Part shown: one piece after another, positions 1-14,300 of the stretch
Numbering within the stretch: position 1 is the stretch's first letter
How the letters are laid out: every line of letters begins with the position of its first letter
Assembly: GCF_001194135.2 (NCBI RefSeq)
Contig: NC_068984.1
Location: 97,129,322-97,193,321, forward strand
Length of the DNA: 64,000 bases
From: Octopus bimaculoides
Lineage: Eukaryota
Reading direction: 5' to 3'
Notes under the pieces: model-generated
What the model saw: the letters and a program-made list of their open reading frames with translations, nothing else
What the model was told of the DNA's origin: nothing
The model's database searches: none
Position numbers and translations under genes: made by a program

Positions 1-1929
1 ATCAACATTTCTACGAATACTGGAGAACAGAGTGTATAGGAAAAACAAAAAAAAAAAAAAAACTGCTTCATTTCAAGAAAATGTTTTATACTAACTAAAA
101 ATCCAGGAAGTCTTTAATTGCAAAGTATCATATAACAAGAAACTGGTATCACATTTGTTCTTTGGTAAATCATGTTTAATGTAACAACGTTTTCATCACT
201 TCAACTATCTAATTTTCTCTGTGATTTTACAATGGTACAAACAACAAAACAAAAGTACAATTTATATATTACTATATTTATTCTAAAATACATAACAAAG
301 TTCCCTTCTTTCTTTCAATTTAAAACAATTTTTTGTCAAATATATTTACAATTATGAACAGGCTTAGAATTGAATGGTTGAACAAGTTTATACATTTACT
401 TCAATTGTTTTTTAAGACAGGTTCTTTTGAAGTCGGATGCCTTTCTATCAGGGATAGGGAATTTAGTCTTCTAGAAATCAGGATTTTGCATGAAAAAATA
501 TCTTTTTTATTCCATCATATATTTATTTCAATGTTCTTAATTTCTTTAAGTCATTAAAATATTAGTTCATAATTTTTGCTAAGTGAACAGATTTAAAAAG
601 TGAGACAGAAGTAAGCATCACAGTGAATGAGAGTTAGGTGTTCAATTTGATTGAGAAGAGTTGATAACCATGATGAAGCATTGAAAACTAACATTAATGT
701 TATATTTTTATGAAATGAGATTAAATTTTACTATTAATTAAACTGACCAGGACTGTTGAAGGAATAAAATTTACATAGATATATTTAACGACATTTAATC
801 CCCTCTTGCTCCTTTATGGTATATGCTATAGATTAAGTTTTCGTAATAAATGTAATTTTCAGTATATTTAAATTTTATTTTCCATGCAGTTTTATTAGAG
901 TACACTTGATTTAATGTAGTAAACTTCAATTACAAATAAAGAATGCCTGGAGTAGATAATAGGTCAAACAATATTTTCAATAGGACTGAATCTATGACAG
1001 GCTAGAATTCATCTCATTCTTTCTCAGAATAGTGATTAAGATCTTTATGTCAAATTCAATCTCACTATCAATCCACATTATAGGTCCTTGGCTGTGGAAG
1101 GGAAGATGTGTGGTATATTTTAAGAGACTTGTATTAAACAAAGTAAGACTTTAAGAGAAATAGCTACAATTAGAAACTGAACATGGCCCCAAACTCTATT
1201 CACTGAGAGAATACCACGACACTGCAGTGTACACAGACTAAAACACAGACAAGATAACAAGTAGTTTTACAACAACAGAATTAATACAAATAATTGATTA
1301 AAGAGCAACATTGGGAACCTGATGGTTATGAGTTAAGTTTTGTTAGTACCATCTTGTAGTGTTTGTTCTTCAACAAAATACATCAATGTACAACATTGTT
1401 CTACCATCACAACAAGGGGCTGTTTTGGTGTAGCTGATGTTCATCTGAAAAGACTAAGCTTTGAAAACTTTAACAGTTATATATGAAAATGTGTGACAGT
1501 GTAATATACCTAAGACAATGTTTACAATGTTACATGGCCATCAATGTAACACAGTTGTTACATAACCTACTGGATGTCACATAATAGTGTTATATGATGA
1601 ATGCTGAACACAGCACAACCTATTCAACCCAGTCATGGCAAATAAACTATTTAAAGAAAATATGAAGTGAATTGGATGAAGACCTAAAATATTCTTACAG
1701 TAATTAGTTCCATACTGGGCTTAGTCAGAAGTGGACAGAACTACACTGCTAGACATCATAGACATTAGGGGACAGAATTACACTAAATGGACACTGCTAC
1801 AGATCACAAATATCAAGAGCCAAAATTGTATCAGTGACAACCAGAATGGGGAAAAGTATGAACAAATGACAGCTACAATATGCAGAGTATAAACATTAGT
1901 ACAGTAATTAACCAGATTCATGGGGCAGG

Positions 1930-2007
1930 TCATGAGAACGATCGACAGTGAGCAACCATGTGATCAACACCACACCATACATTAATGACTTCCACTGGCA
2001 TCGACAC
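1930..2007 (-). CDS. RCC1L: RCC1L last coding exon (VSMPVEVINVWCGVDHMVAHCRSFS*)
   Basis: ttgcag acceptor; TGA at 1932-1930; matches the CGVDHMV C-terminus of RCC1L. Confidence 0.93.
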   Translation of the reverse strand: MSMPVEVINVWCGVDHMVAHCRSFS

Positions 2008-5000
2008 CTGCAATGGAAACAGAAAATGTTAAACTTCAACCATAAAATATGCAGTTTCTATTTTTCACATTTTAAATCTGACATTACTGTAATAGTTGTT
2101 GTTACTGTTCTTTAGCCATAAGTCAACTGTAATTGAGTAAATCTGTTCCAGTCATAACCATTTCCACTGTTATTCGGATTATATTATCTACCATGTCTTT
2201 TTTCCTTTTTTTAAGACAGTAAAGAATGGTTTGAGGGAGATTTAGCTACTATTTCTAACAAACCAAGCAGACATCTAAAGGCCTCTTTGTTGTTTTACAT
2301 TCAAATTTCTTTACTTGCATGACTGGCAATTTCTCCATTTGTTAAAGATTTTATTATTTTTAATATTTATGTAAAATCAGTGAACCATGAAGTCTACTAT
2401 TCAGTCACTGTTCTTAAACAAAGAACAGGTGTATATTTTTCCAAGAAGATAAAATAACAGATAACTCACATGAAGATTATGTACAAGGGGGTGCTAAAAA
2501 GTTCCAGGCTTTAAGAGTGTTGCAAAAGGCCTGGTTGGAGGCCCAATCTTCTAAGTTCTTTTACAGAGCTTAGCAAAACTGAAGGACCATTGCAATAAGT
2601 GAATAAATCTGAGGGGAGAATATGTTCAATAAAATCATAAATAAATGATCCTACCGTATTTTCTTTTGCTCAAAGCCAGGAACTTTTCAGCACCCCTCAC
2701 ATTTTAATTCTGCCTCTAAAACATTGTAATGTACCAGAGTGGAGTGTAAAATAACAACAGCCCAATGAAGTGAATGTCATCTTTTCAAATACTCTCTCTA
2801 AAATATTATTATACTGCACTTGTTAGGAAAATAGCCTACATTGCACCTTGAATGTTTCAGTTTAACCTACATATAATAGATTATACAATATTCCCAATTA
2901 CAGTTGTGTGAACAGTGGTACTGGAGAATGGAGTGACAATACTGTAAAGTGGAGTGATGACACAGGAGTGGAACGATGGTGTTGGAGTGTCAGGTGATGA
3001 TACAATAATGTTGTGTGATGGCATTGAAGAGAGGAATGATAGTATTGTAGTATAGTGTGGATATCGGTACTTGACAAAAGCTCAAATCACCTTCAACGAC
3101 TAAGAAAATATACTAATTCTGCCCTTTCACAAGTGCATAGTTACTATGACAAAACAGTAGAGGGCAGCATATATTGAGCAGACCTATTATCCAAAGTATT
3201 CCAGCTGTGACCACCTCATCTTGCTTTTAGATATGGTGTATAGAAGACTACATGAAACGATGTATTCTTTATCTATACATTTTTATAAGATGATAGGATG
3301 TAGTTTGAACGTATACCAGGTCAAGTAATGCGTACTAAAATCTTTTAGAAGTAAACTAGGGGAAATAACTTAGTTAAGTTGTAGAAGACTTGAAAAACAA
3401 TGTATTTTTGATTTACTCTTTCACGCGTTTCAAGCATTTGACTGTGGCCATGCTGGAGCATCGCCTTTATTCAAAGAAATCGACCCCAGAACTTATTCTT
3501 TGTAAGCCTAGTACTTATTCTATCGGTCTCTTTTGCCGAACCGCTAAGTTTCGGGGACATAAACACACCAACATCGGTTGTCAAGCGATAGTGGGGGAGA
3601 CAAACACAGACACAAAAAGACACACAAACATATACATATATACATACACGACGGGCTTCTTTCAGTTTCCGTTTACCAAATCCACTCACAAAGCTTTGGT
3701 AGACCCGAGGCTATAGTAGAAGACACTTGCCCAAGGTTGCACACAGAGGGATTGAACCCGGAACCATGTGGTTGCAAAGCAAGCTTTCTTACCACACGCC
3801 TATATATTTTTTTAAGATGGTAGGCTGTGTAATTTGAAGGTTACTGTTTATACTAGGTCAAACAACTACGTATGACTGAAATCTGTTAAAAGGAAACTAA
3901 GGGAAATAACTTAGTAGCTAAGGAAATAACTCTTGATGATGTAGTGGACATTTTACTTGAAGTAATGTTTCCTCTAAGCCTTTGGTTCTTAAACTGGGGT
4001 CCGCGAAGCGGTCGCCAATTTTCAGAGTTTCAATGTTCAAAACGCTAGGTTTTCCAGTTTCAGCTAAAACTGGAACCATTGAACATGCACGCACTACACA
4101 GAATCCCTAATTTATGTTTAAAAAAACCTTACAGATAGAATGCATTCGAGGCGATGCGCACAGGGCGTACACGCACGTACTTGAATGTAGGAGTTCCTCT
4201 GCGGCTTTATCGATTGATGCGGGAGTATGGGCGCAACAAGTCAAAACAGGATTGAAAATTGGCGGTGTACCAGCTCAGAATATACCCCTGCCTAGACTAT
4301 ACCCGGGACAAGTCTGGATGAATCCAGTCTATACCCACTCCAGACAACCAGGCCAGAATATACCCCATGCTTGCAGACAAATAACACAGATGTACCTTAC
4401 TTATAAAATTTGATATCACTCAATGAAGAATTAAAAGTTACATGTAAATTTCAGTATAAAGATAGCAATTTAGAATTATCAAATGCAAAATACTTTAAAA
4501 TGTACAAATATAAATCCAACACGAATGGCCACATTTGCATGAGTCTAAGCTATGACTCATAGTACAGATGCGCTGCACAGCATGCGCGAGTCATCAATTT
4601 TTATTTCCAATCTACCTATACGTTGGGTTTATATTGGTACATTGAATATTTGCATTTGATAATTCTAAATTGCTATGTTTAAATCGAAATTTACATGTAA
4701 CTTTTAATTCTTCAATTGATATCAAACTTTATATATGTTCTGAGGCAACTTTTATAAGTGGGGGTACATCTGTGTTATTTGTCCACAAGCATGGGGTATA
4801 GTCTGGACAGGAGTATATTCTGGGCTGGCTGTCTGGAGGGGGTATAGTTTGGGCTAACCCAGACTAGCCCCGGGTATAGTCTGAGTTGTTACAGCAGCCG
4901 TAACAGTGGCTCATTGATGACATAGTCCGCAAGAGTGGTTTATGAGGAAGTTGCAATTTGTTTCCACCATCACACATTTACGAACGCCTATATTTTCGAC

Positions 5001-5315
5001 AAATTTATCATCATAAGTTCATTCTTAATTTTACTTTTTATATCTGTATTAAGCATCAATAAGTAGAGACCTAATAAGCCAATAAAAAGACAAGCTAGTA
5101 GCACTGTCAGAATTAAGACGTTCATTCTACATAAAGTACCTAGCGACTTTTAGTTGAACTTTTTTAAAGTAGGTACAAGGCATTACAATGGTAAAAAATT
5201 TGACCCAAGCCCAACTGAATGATAAAAATGAGGACATTGAAGTAAAACAAAATTAACCAGTTTTGAAGTAACTTCTGCATGAATAAGGACTTACCATGCT
5301 TTGAAAAATATCTTT

Positions 5316-5350
<35 letters not shown>

Positions 5351-8300
5351 ATGTATATATATTATATATATATTTATACTAAAGCACCATTCGAGCATGA
5401 TCGTTACCAGCGTCGCCTTACTGGCACATGAAAAAATATTCAAGCAAGGTTGTTGTCAGTGCTGCGGGACTGGCTTCTGTGCAGGTGGCATGTAAAAACA
5501 CCATTTGAACGTGGCTGTTGCCAGTACTACCTGACTGGCCCTCATGCCAGTGCCACATAAAAGCACCCACTACACTCTCAGAGTGGTTGGCGCTAGGAAG
5601 AGCATCCAGATCAGATTGGAGCCTGGTGCAGCCATCTGCTTCACCAGTCCTCAGTCAAATCGTTCAACCCATGACAGCATGGAAAGTGGACGTTAAGCGA
5701 TGATGATGATGATGACTGATAGAAGTAACAGAGCAAAATAGTACAAAATTCTGTGCATTTACACACAACATTTATATAGTTATTATATCTATTTGTAGAA
5801 TGCCTTTTACAAAGAAAGGAAATATGATGAATCATATTTGAGCTTCGGTTTCACTGTGCTTACTGCTGGTGGAGTAGAAAAACCACAGTGTGTTCTGTGC
5901 TCTGCTGAGGTATTGGCAGCTTCTTCGCTGAAACCCAGCTGGCTAAAGAGGCATTCAGAAATGAAACATCCCAGTGCAGTCAACAAAGACATGGAATTTT
6001 TCAGACACCAAACTGACAGATTGGTCAAATCCAAGCTTGATGACATAGGAATGTGTATGCAGGACATTGCAGCTTGTCTGAAAGCCTCCTTCGAGGTTTC
6101 AATGAAAATTGCTGCTGCAAAAAAACCTCATAAGATTGTAGAGCTGTTAGTTCTTCCTTGCTGCAAAGATATAATCTCGCTCATGCTCAGAACATCCAAA
6201 CTACAGAAGCTTAAACATGTTTCACTTTCCAACAACACCATCAGTCAACAAATCGCTGTGATGTCTGATAATATTGTGTCTCAGGCCATCTCAAATATAA
6301 AAACATCAATGTTTAACTATGTCGCCATCCAAATTGATGAAACCACTGACGTGGAAGATTTAGCACAACTTTGTGCTAATTTACATGCATAACAAACGCC
6401 TGCAAGATGAATTCCTTTTTGCGAAACCCTCAACACCCAAACCACTGCAAACAATATATTCCAGAAAATGGATCAATTCTTTAATATGCATGGCATAAAC
6501 TGGGAGCATACTGTTAATATGTGCACAACAGTGATCCAGCAATGCTTGGTTGCCGCTCTGGCTTTCAGACAATGGTGAAGGAGAAATTTCCTAATGCAAG
6601 TGATACACATTGTACCAAGCATTGATGGTTAAAATAATGCCCGACCATTTGAAGAATGTTTTGAATGATGTGGTCAAAGAGGTAAATTTTATCAAAGCTA
6701 ATTCTCTAAACTCGCATCATTTTGCTGACTTGTGCAAGGACAATGGCTCCGATTTTGAAATGCTTTTATTGTACTCTTCGAAACACTTTTACTGAGGTGG
6801 TAATCTGAGGGGAGAGTACTGAAAAGAGTCTTCATTCTACGAAAGGAGATACACGAATTTCTTTGTGATGCTAAAAAAGAACTGCACAGACAATTCTCCA
6901 GTACTCGGTTCCTTATATGTCTCTCCTTCAACATTTTTGAATCAGTTAATTCTGTTAACTTAGTACTACAAGGAAAAGACATCACTGTTATCCACTATCT
7001 TGAAAAAAATGACTGCATTTAAAATGAAGCTCCATTTGTGGCATTCTAAATTGGAATGTGAGAATTTAACACCATTTCTGAACCTCAATACTTTCCTTGA
7101 TGAAGATGGCCTTCAAATTGTTGCTGACATCCTTGACATCATGAAACAGCATGTCTTAATTCTTCACACTGAAATTCAAAGATACCACCCCAACCTACAA
7201 AAACTTCAAAGAAGTTTATCATTTCATCACCAATCCCTTTGCAGTGTCTGTTGTTGACCTTCTGTCAGAAGATTACGTCATTCAAGAACAGTTCATCGAC
7301 TTTCTGAATGATGGAGGTGCAAAAGACACCTTCCATAACGTGTTGCAGTGAATTCTGGATTGAAATGACGCAGTCCTATCCAGATGTCGTCAAATTGGCC
7401 TTCAAATTCATCATTCCATTTGCAATAACATGTGAATGTGAGATGGCTTTTGCAACTTTACTTGCAATTAAAACAAAGGCTTGCAATAAAATGGATGTTG
7501 CGCATGACATGAGGGTTACATTATCAAAAACGCAGCCTAATATTGAGGACATATTACAGATCCAACAAGTTCACCACTCTCACTGAAATTTTTTATTTTA
7601 TCAGTAAAATTTTCTCATGAAAAATTATTTTACACAAGGTCACTTTGCTTTGTTCGTCTTCTCTAATTTTTTCATTTTGGGGTGGCGTAGTATGCGAAGC
7701 CTCAAAAAAATGGGAGGGGGTCTGTAGGACGAAAATTTTGAAAAAGTTTGGGAACCAAGGCTCTAAGCTGTGTACTTGTGCATACACACACATCTTACAA
7801 CTAACACACAATGGGAAAGATATGCATAACTTTGATAGGTTTCAGCCAGTATAGGCCCAGGCCATGTCTAACTTAATAGCACCTACAAGGTTTTTAAGAT
7901 GAAATCAATTTTTTTAATCAAAGAAATTAATTACATTATAATGTATCTAAAACACACTTTAAAAAGGTGTGCTTTTGCTGAAGTAGTCAATATGGCATTT
8001 GAACAATGACTACTTGATTGGAAGAGTACATACTTTCCAAAGAAAGACAAAATTAGCATACAAGCACATTTCTGTGCACACCTACAACAAAGATTAGAAG
8101 GAACACTGACCAAAATAAAGAATTTATTCATCAGAACTACAACTGAAATACATTTACAACTATACACCCCTGAAATTTAGTCCTCAGACAAACCATTCTT
8201 ATGTATGTACATACAGATTTGAGAAATACTGGAAAATGGTCAACAGCAATGAAATCAGCATGACAGCTAACTACCATACAATGTCACATCCAAATAAGAA

Positions 8301-11300
8301 AAAAGAAAAAATTTTGCAATAAGCACAAATTTTCTTGTGGAAATAATGAGCAAAAATAAAATTTACCCTCAGTGGAAAGAATTGATCATTTCTGTCTCCA
8401 AGCCCAAGGTATCCTTGCTTGTTTTTTCCCCAGGTATAGAGGTCACCATGGTCTGAAAAGTACAAAGAAAAAAACATGGTTTCAACTTACACCATTTTCA
8501 CATGAAGGTGCATGGCTCAGTGGTTAGAGCATCGGGCTCACAATCATGAGGTAGTGAGTTTGATTCCCAGGCCAAACTGAGAATAAAGACACTTTATTTC
8601 ACTTTGCTCCAGTTCACTCAGCTGTAGAAATGGGTTGCGACATCACTGGTGCCAAGCTCTATCAGCCTTTGTTTTCCCCTTGGATAACATCAGTGGCATG
8701 GTGTAGGTCGGTATGCATGAGTGACTGCTAGTCTTCCAGGAACTTTCTAGGTGCAATCCCATGATCATTCTTTACCCTTTCTGTTGTATAGCAGTTTCAA
8801 ATCTAAACATAAACACTGCAATAAAGCTTTAAATAAGACACAATACTGTGTCATTGTAATGACTCATGCATAGGTCATATGTGCAAAGGTCAGTTCCTAT
8901 ACACCAAATAAGTACTACAAACAATCAAATCAAGGAAGTAGGTGCAAAATAGCAGCTTACTGTCTCAGTTTGAGTTGTAAAGGGTTGAGAAGTGGGATAC
9001 TTTAAAATTAAGCCAGTCTTCTCAAAGGGTTGGTGTCAGGAAGGATATTCATTACCAACAAGAAATTCTGAATCAAATCCTTCTGGCTTTATTTTCATTC
9101 GCTGTTATTCAGTATTGCGATAGCCCAACATTATGTTGAGATGATTTAGTCATCACAGATGACGTCTATACAGTGACTCTTTTGATGTGCCATTGATCCA
9201 AAAACCAAACGGATTTTACAACCATGTTGTTGTCAGTAAAGAGTTTTCCATATGACATTCTCTTTAATATTGCAATAAGCAAAGCAGCTTCTTTATTCAA
9301 ATAAAGCAGTTTTGGTTGAGTTTTGTACTGTAGATTCTTCAAGCCCCAACACACTCATTTCAAGGATAAATTTCACCAATAGACAGCAGTACATTTCTAA
9401 TCATAAACACGGTATATATAAGAGATGCAGTGGTATTACAGGAGGTTAACAGAGAAAGTAGTCTTTGTGCATGGAATACGCATAAATAAATACTAGAAAT
9501 GTGCAGAAAATAGACCAATATCCAGGGGATCCTTAGAAGTAGTAGTTTCTGTTACCAAGCTGACCAAGTTAGCCAAGGAGGAGGAAGCTCTAAAAGAATA
9601 GTTGCTAGAATAAGAACAGGCTGGGCAAAGTTCAGAGAGCTGCTACCTTTGTTGGTAACAAAGGACCTCTCTCTCAGAGTGAAAGGCAGATTGTATGGTG
9701 CCAGTGTACGAACAGCTATGCTATACAGTAGTGAAACATGGGCTGTGACTACTGAGGTCATGCAAAGACTTGAAAGAAATGAAACCAGCATGCTCTGCTG
9801 GATAGGTAATGTTAGTAAGCATGTATGACAGAGTGTAAAGGAAAAATTGGGTATGAGGCATCAGATGTAGTATGCAAGAGAGAAAACAGCACTGGTATAG
9901 TCATGTGATTTATATAGATGAGGACAGCTGCATCAAGAAGTGCTGATCTCTAACTGTGGAGGAAATATGTGGAAGGGGTAGATTCAGGAAGACATGGGAC
10001 AAAGTGCTAAGAAAGGATCTTCAGATGCTAGGCCTCACTGAGGAGATGACAAATGACCAATACTTCTGGCAATTTGCTGTGCTTCAGAAGACACATTAAG
10101 CTAAGTAAAATCGTGGCCATCTATACATTCTCTGTCAGCCAAGAGTCTTTGTCCTGTGAAGTTGCAGATGCTGCTGCCCTGTAAAAGCACCCACACCAGT
10201 GCCATGTAGATAAGCACACGTTCAGGGTCACAAAAAAAGCACCTGTAAAACCATGTAAAGTTCACACTGGGCAGTTTGATGGGAGTTAGCAAGTCAGACA
10301 ACTGCACTAAGATTTATTATCGGCTTTAGCATGGTTTCTATGGTTGGATGCCCTTCTAAACACCAATCACTTTACAGAGGGAACTGGGTACTTTTCATGT
10401 AGATTGTACACCAGTGGGGTCACTGAGTAACTTACAAGACAAAGACCTCTCAACTGTGAAAGGGGGTAGTAAGGGAGGTGGCTTTTTGTGCCAGTTGATG
10501 AGAGGTTGAATATAATAGAGGGATAGAGATAGGTGTTTTGCTGTTGAGGAGATACAGGGCAACTCCAGTTGGAAAAAAAGGGAAAAAGAGAGTTAGAGAG
10601 AAAGATAGGGACAGAGAGAGAGAGTTGGTGGTGGTGATGTACCGGGACACACCCTCAAGGTACATCGTTGGGGTGAATATAAGTGAAGTGATTCAGAGGA
10701 TTGGACAGAGTGAGTGGGCGAGGGGGGATAGAGGAGAAGTTTCATAAGAGTGTGTGGAGAGATGTGGTAGAGGTAACTGTAACAAGTGATGGTGAGAGTG
10801 AGAGATAAAGGAGCAGCTCAGTAGAGATATGGTAGATATGTGAGGGTATTGAAAGTCAAAGCAGATAAGAGAGATGTTGAGGATGGAGTTTTGTAGAGGA
10901 AAGAGAACAATGGCTGGAGACACAGAAAGGAAGGGACAGCTGGAAACAGTGGCCAGGGAAACTAATGTGAAATGGAAGTGGTTTGGTGGTTGGGGTGGGT
11001 GGGGGTATGTAGCATGGCCCTATTCCGTTCTCAGGTGATTACAGTAGCTGAGTAGTATCATAGAAAGAGAAGTGGTGAGTACTAAAGGATAGAATGTGGG
11101 GGATGTGCTTCATGGGGCAGAGAGTGTTGAGGTGGGGCACAGCCCTGCAAGTACATTCTCATAAGTCTATATATCCTTTCAGATATGTATTCTTATAGAG
11201 TCTTTTTCTTGTTATGATTTAGTCAAAAGATGAAAAGCAGCAGTACCCGTTACCTTCCTTGGGACCTCCAGGAGTGGTCAGAGAAAGAATGAAGTTACAT

Positions 11301-14300
11301 CACACAAGAGATCTGACCTGAATACTTGTGTAACATAGTGGATTCCACCCAAGGGCCAAGACTCATGATAAACAGGTGACAGGTAAAGTCTACCACCCTT
11401 CAAAGAAAATGGTTCCTCTTATAGGCTTCCACACAAGTTTCCATCTACCAAACCTCACTTACAACTTGATGCTACAATAGCAAGTTGACTATAGTCAAGT
11501 TGCTACTCTATGAACAGCAGAATTGGTTAGGGTTTGTAGAAGTTCACAGAATTTGCCCAAGCAGACTAAACTCCCAATGTAAAGACACCAGTACAACTAA
11601 CAAACAGACAGACAGAAAATCAGCTAACCTCTTCAATACATCTGTCAATAAAGGCAATGTTAAATAATGAGAATCTATTATAGACAAATAGAATACCAGT
11701 ACTATAGATATCTAATATGTCTGTACTACAGACACATAGTGTATGTTAGTACTACAGATATACAGTACATCAATACTACAGGTATAATATATTTGTACCA
11801 TAGACATTTAGTGCCAGTACTACAGTCATTTAGTCATAAAGTTAAAAAAGAAAAAATGTTTTTAAAAACTCTCAGAGAAAATTTTTTTCTTAATATATAG
11901 ACAATATCTATGACAGTATTATAATTATTTACTATATGTGTGCTATAGACATCACTAAAGACATTTTTGTTATTAGTTTGGTCCAGAGGAAAAGGTTCAA
12001 AACTTAACCTTCACTGACTTTGTGATACTTCTGAGATGGACATGGTTAATGTTGTCTTGAAAGCAAGGCAGAGAAAAACATTGTACTTACTGGTAAGAGC
12101 AGCAAAATGGTAAATTCCACATTTGAGGGAAACAACAGTCTTAGCAGGATCAAGTTCATTAGCACCAAACAATGGAGTAGGAAGTTTGGTAGGTACTGTA
12201 GAAGACTGGACTTTAGGACCTCGTCCTAATATACCAAAACCCCACGTGAAAACTTCACCAGAGGCTTTAGGTACAAAAAGAAAATAACAGAAATTTTTTT
12301 TAATGTTAAAAAAACAAATGAAAATGTACAAAGCTAAATAATTACAAAATATTTAATTAGGACTTAGAGTGAGCCTAAATTTCATCCAGATGGCTGAAGT
12401 GAGTAATAATGCATATGGAAGAGGAAAACAGATGAAGGATGAAGGGAGATGTCTGATCTCAGAATGCTGAGACCTCACAAAAAATAATGAAGAACCCAAA
12501 CATCTGGAGAGATACTGTATTGAAACAGATTTGTCTAATCAATGCACATGAGAAGTAGTGGGCATAAATATGCTATAATAATGATTATGAGATTGTCAAC
12601 TGTTTAAATTGATAGATGGCAGAATACCAGCTGATAGGTCTGTAGCTTGTATTTCTTCATACACACACACTACACTGATCTGTTTTAGATACACTACAGT
12701 GACCAGCCCAAGATACACACTACAGTGGAGCTCCTACAACCCTATTGGTTATGGGTTTCAACATCATTGAGGTGTTAAAGGGGGAGTGCTGTGAAATAGA
12801 GGGAAGAACTTGTCATAGATAAGAAAAAAAATTAAGGGTGCTCAGAACAGTGAGCAAGAACATCTCACAATATCATTTAAATCAAAAGGTGACATACTGC
12901 ATGTTGCATACACAAATTCATTGAAATTTCATATTTAGTTGGAGAAGTCAAAAACTTAACGTTAATTGAAACACAAAGAGAAGGGCAGATAACTTAAGAA
13001 ATTCTTAAATTATCTCTGTTTTATTTTGAGTTAGTTTTTATTCGGTCATTTTCTTCCTGAAAATGTGAAATTTGAGTGAGAATTTTTTTTACATACTGTG
13101 GTATGAGGGAAAAAGTGTAGATACATCGACCTTTATCATCATCTAATTCATGCCATTAGTTCATCTGAGTCCTTAAATGAATTTTAATTAAGTAATCTCA
13201 TACGAAATTACAATATTGATGCAGTAAATAAAAGTGAGCTGGAAGGAGCGAACTGAGGATAGGAGATTGGCAGTGTGAGATAAGCTGAGAGGAGATTGGT
13301 GGCAGGAAAGAAATTGGGAAGAGGAGGTTGGTGGTAGGAGAGAAGTTGAGGGTGGAAGGTTGGTAGTAGGAGGAAAGTTGAGGATGGGAAGTTGGTGGTA
13401 GGAAGGAAACTGAGGGTGGGATGAGAGATAATTAAATAAGACACATGAGATCAATGGAATAAGGCACAAGAGATCAATGGAATAAGACCCATGAGATCAA
13501 TGGAATAAGACACAAGAGATCAATGGAAAGAAATTAATCTTTGTGATTTACCCAAGTTCCAGTACATAGGATACTATCTTTTATTATTCTTGCAGTCCTG
13601 GTAGCAAATGTAGCAATAAAGATCTGCTCATTTAAGACAAGATAGTTTCATTATAGGATGTTGACATGATTGTTAGGTTTGGAATATCCTATTCAATAGA
13701 TTTATTACAAACAGCTTCAATAATAAATAAAAAATTTAAACAATATATGTACAACTGAAAAAAGTATAAAGGGAAGGCCTAAATGATGTGGTTGACCATA
13801 GTGAAATATTAAACTCATCGATTAAAGCAGTGATTCTTAACTGGGGTCCATATGGGCACCCCAGGGGCCATATGGATTTTGTTGTTAAAATTTATCTCCA
13901 ATAAATTGATTATACTTCTAAAATATGCAAATTATTTTAATAATTATTTTTATACAATTCCTAATAATATTTTAACATAAAAATATAATAATAGGATTTT
14001 TTAACATCGAATGCTAGGAGGGTCCACCCAAGTAAAATAAGAATCAAAGGCGTCCATAGATAAAAAAAAATGGCTGAGAAACACTGAAAGCAAAGAATTT
14101 ATGAAGATTCATAAAAACCCATCCGCAATTAACACCAATCAGCAAACACTATTATATAAGATGTCCTCTTACCATTCAGAAACCCACAGATTGATCCACC
14201 AGATGCCACTTGGGTGATTTTGCCCAAAGATGCTGATAGTTTAAAATGCTTTGGTGTATGCACCTGGGTGTGATCAGTAATCAATGCTAACTGGTTGTAC

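Larger units (their letters stand above)
3980..7760 (+). mobile_element. Buster/Charlie-type hAT DNA transposon with nested insertions
   Basis: Termini CTTTGGTTCTTAAACT and AGTTTGGGAACCAAGG; identical 8-bp TSD CTCTAAGC at 3972-3979 and 7761-7768 (nnnTAnnn). Confidence 0.9.
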
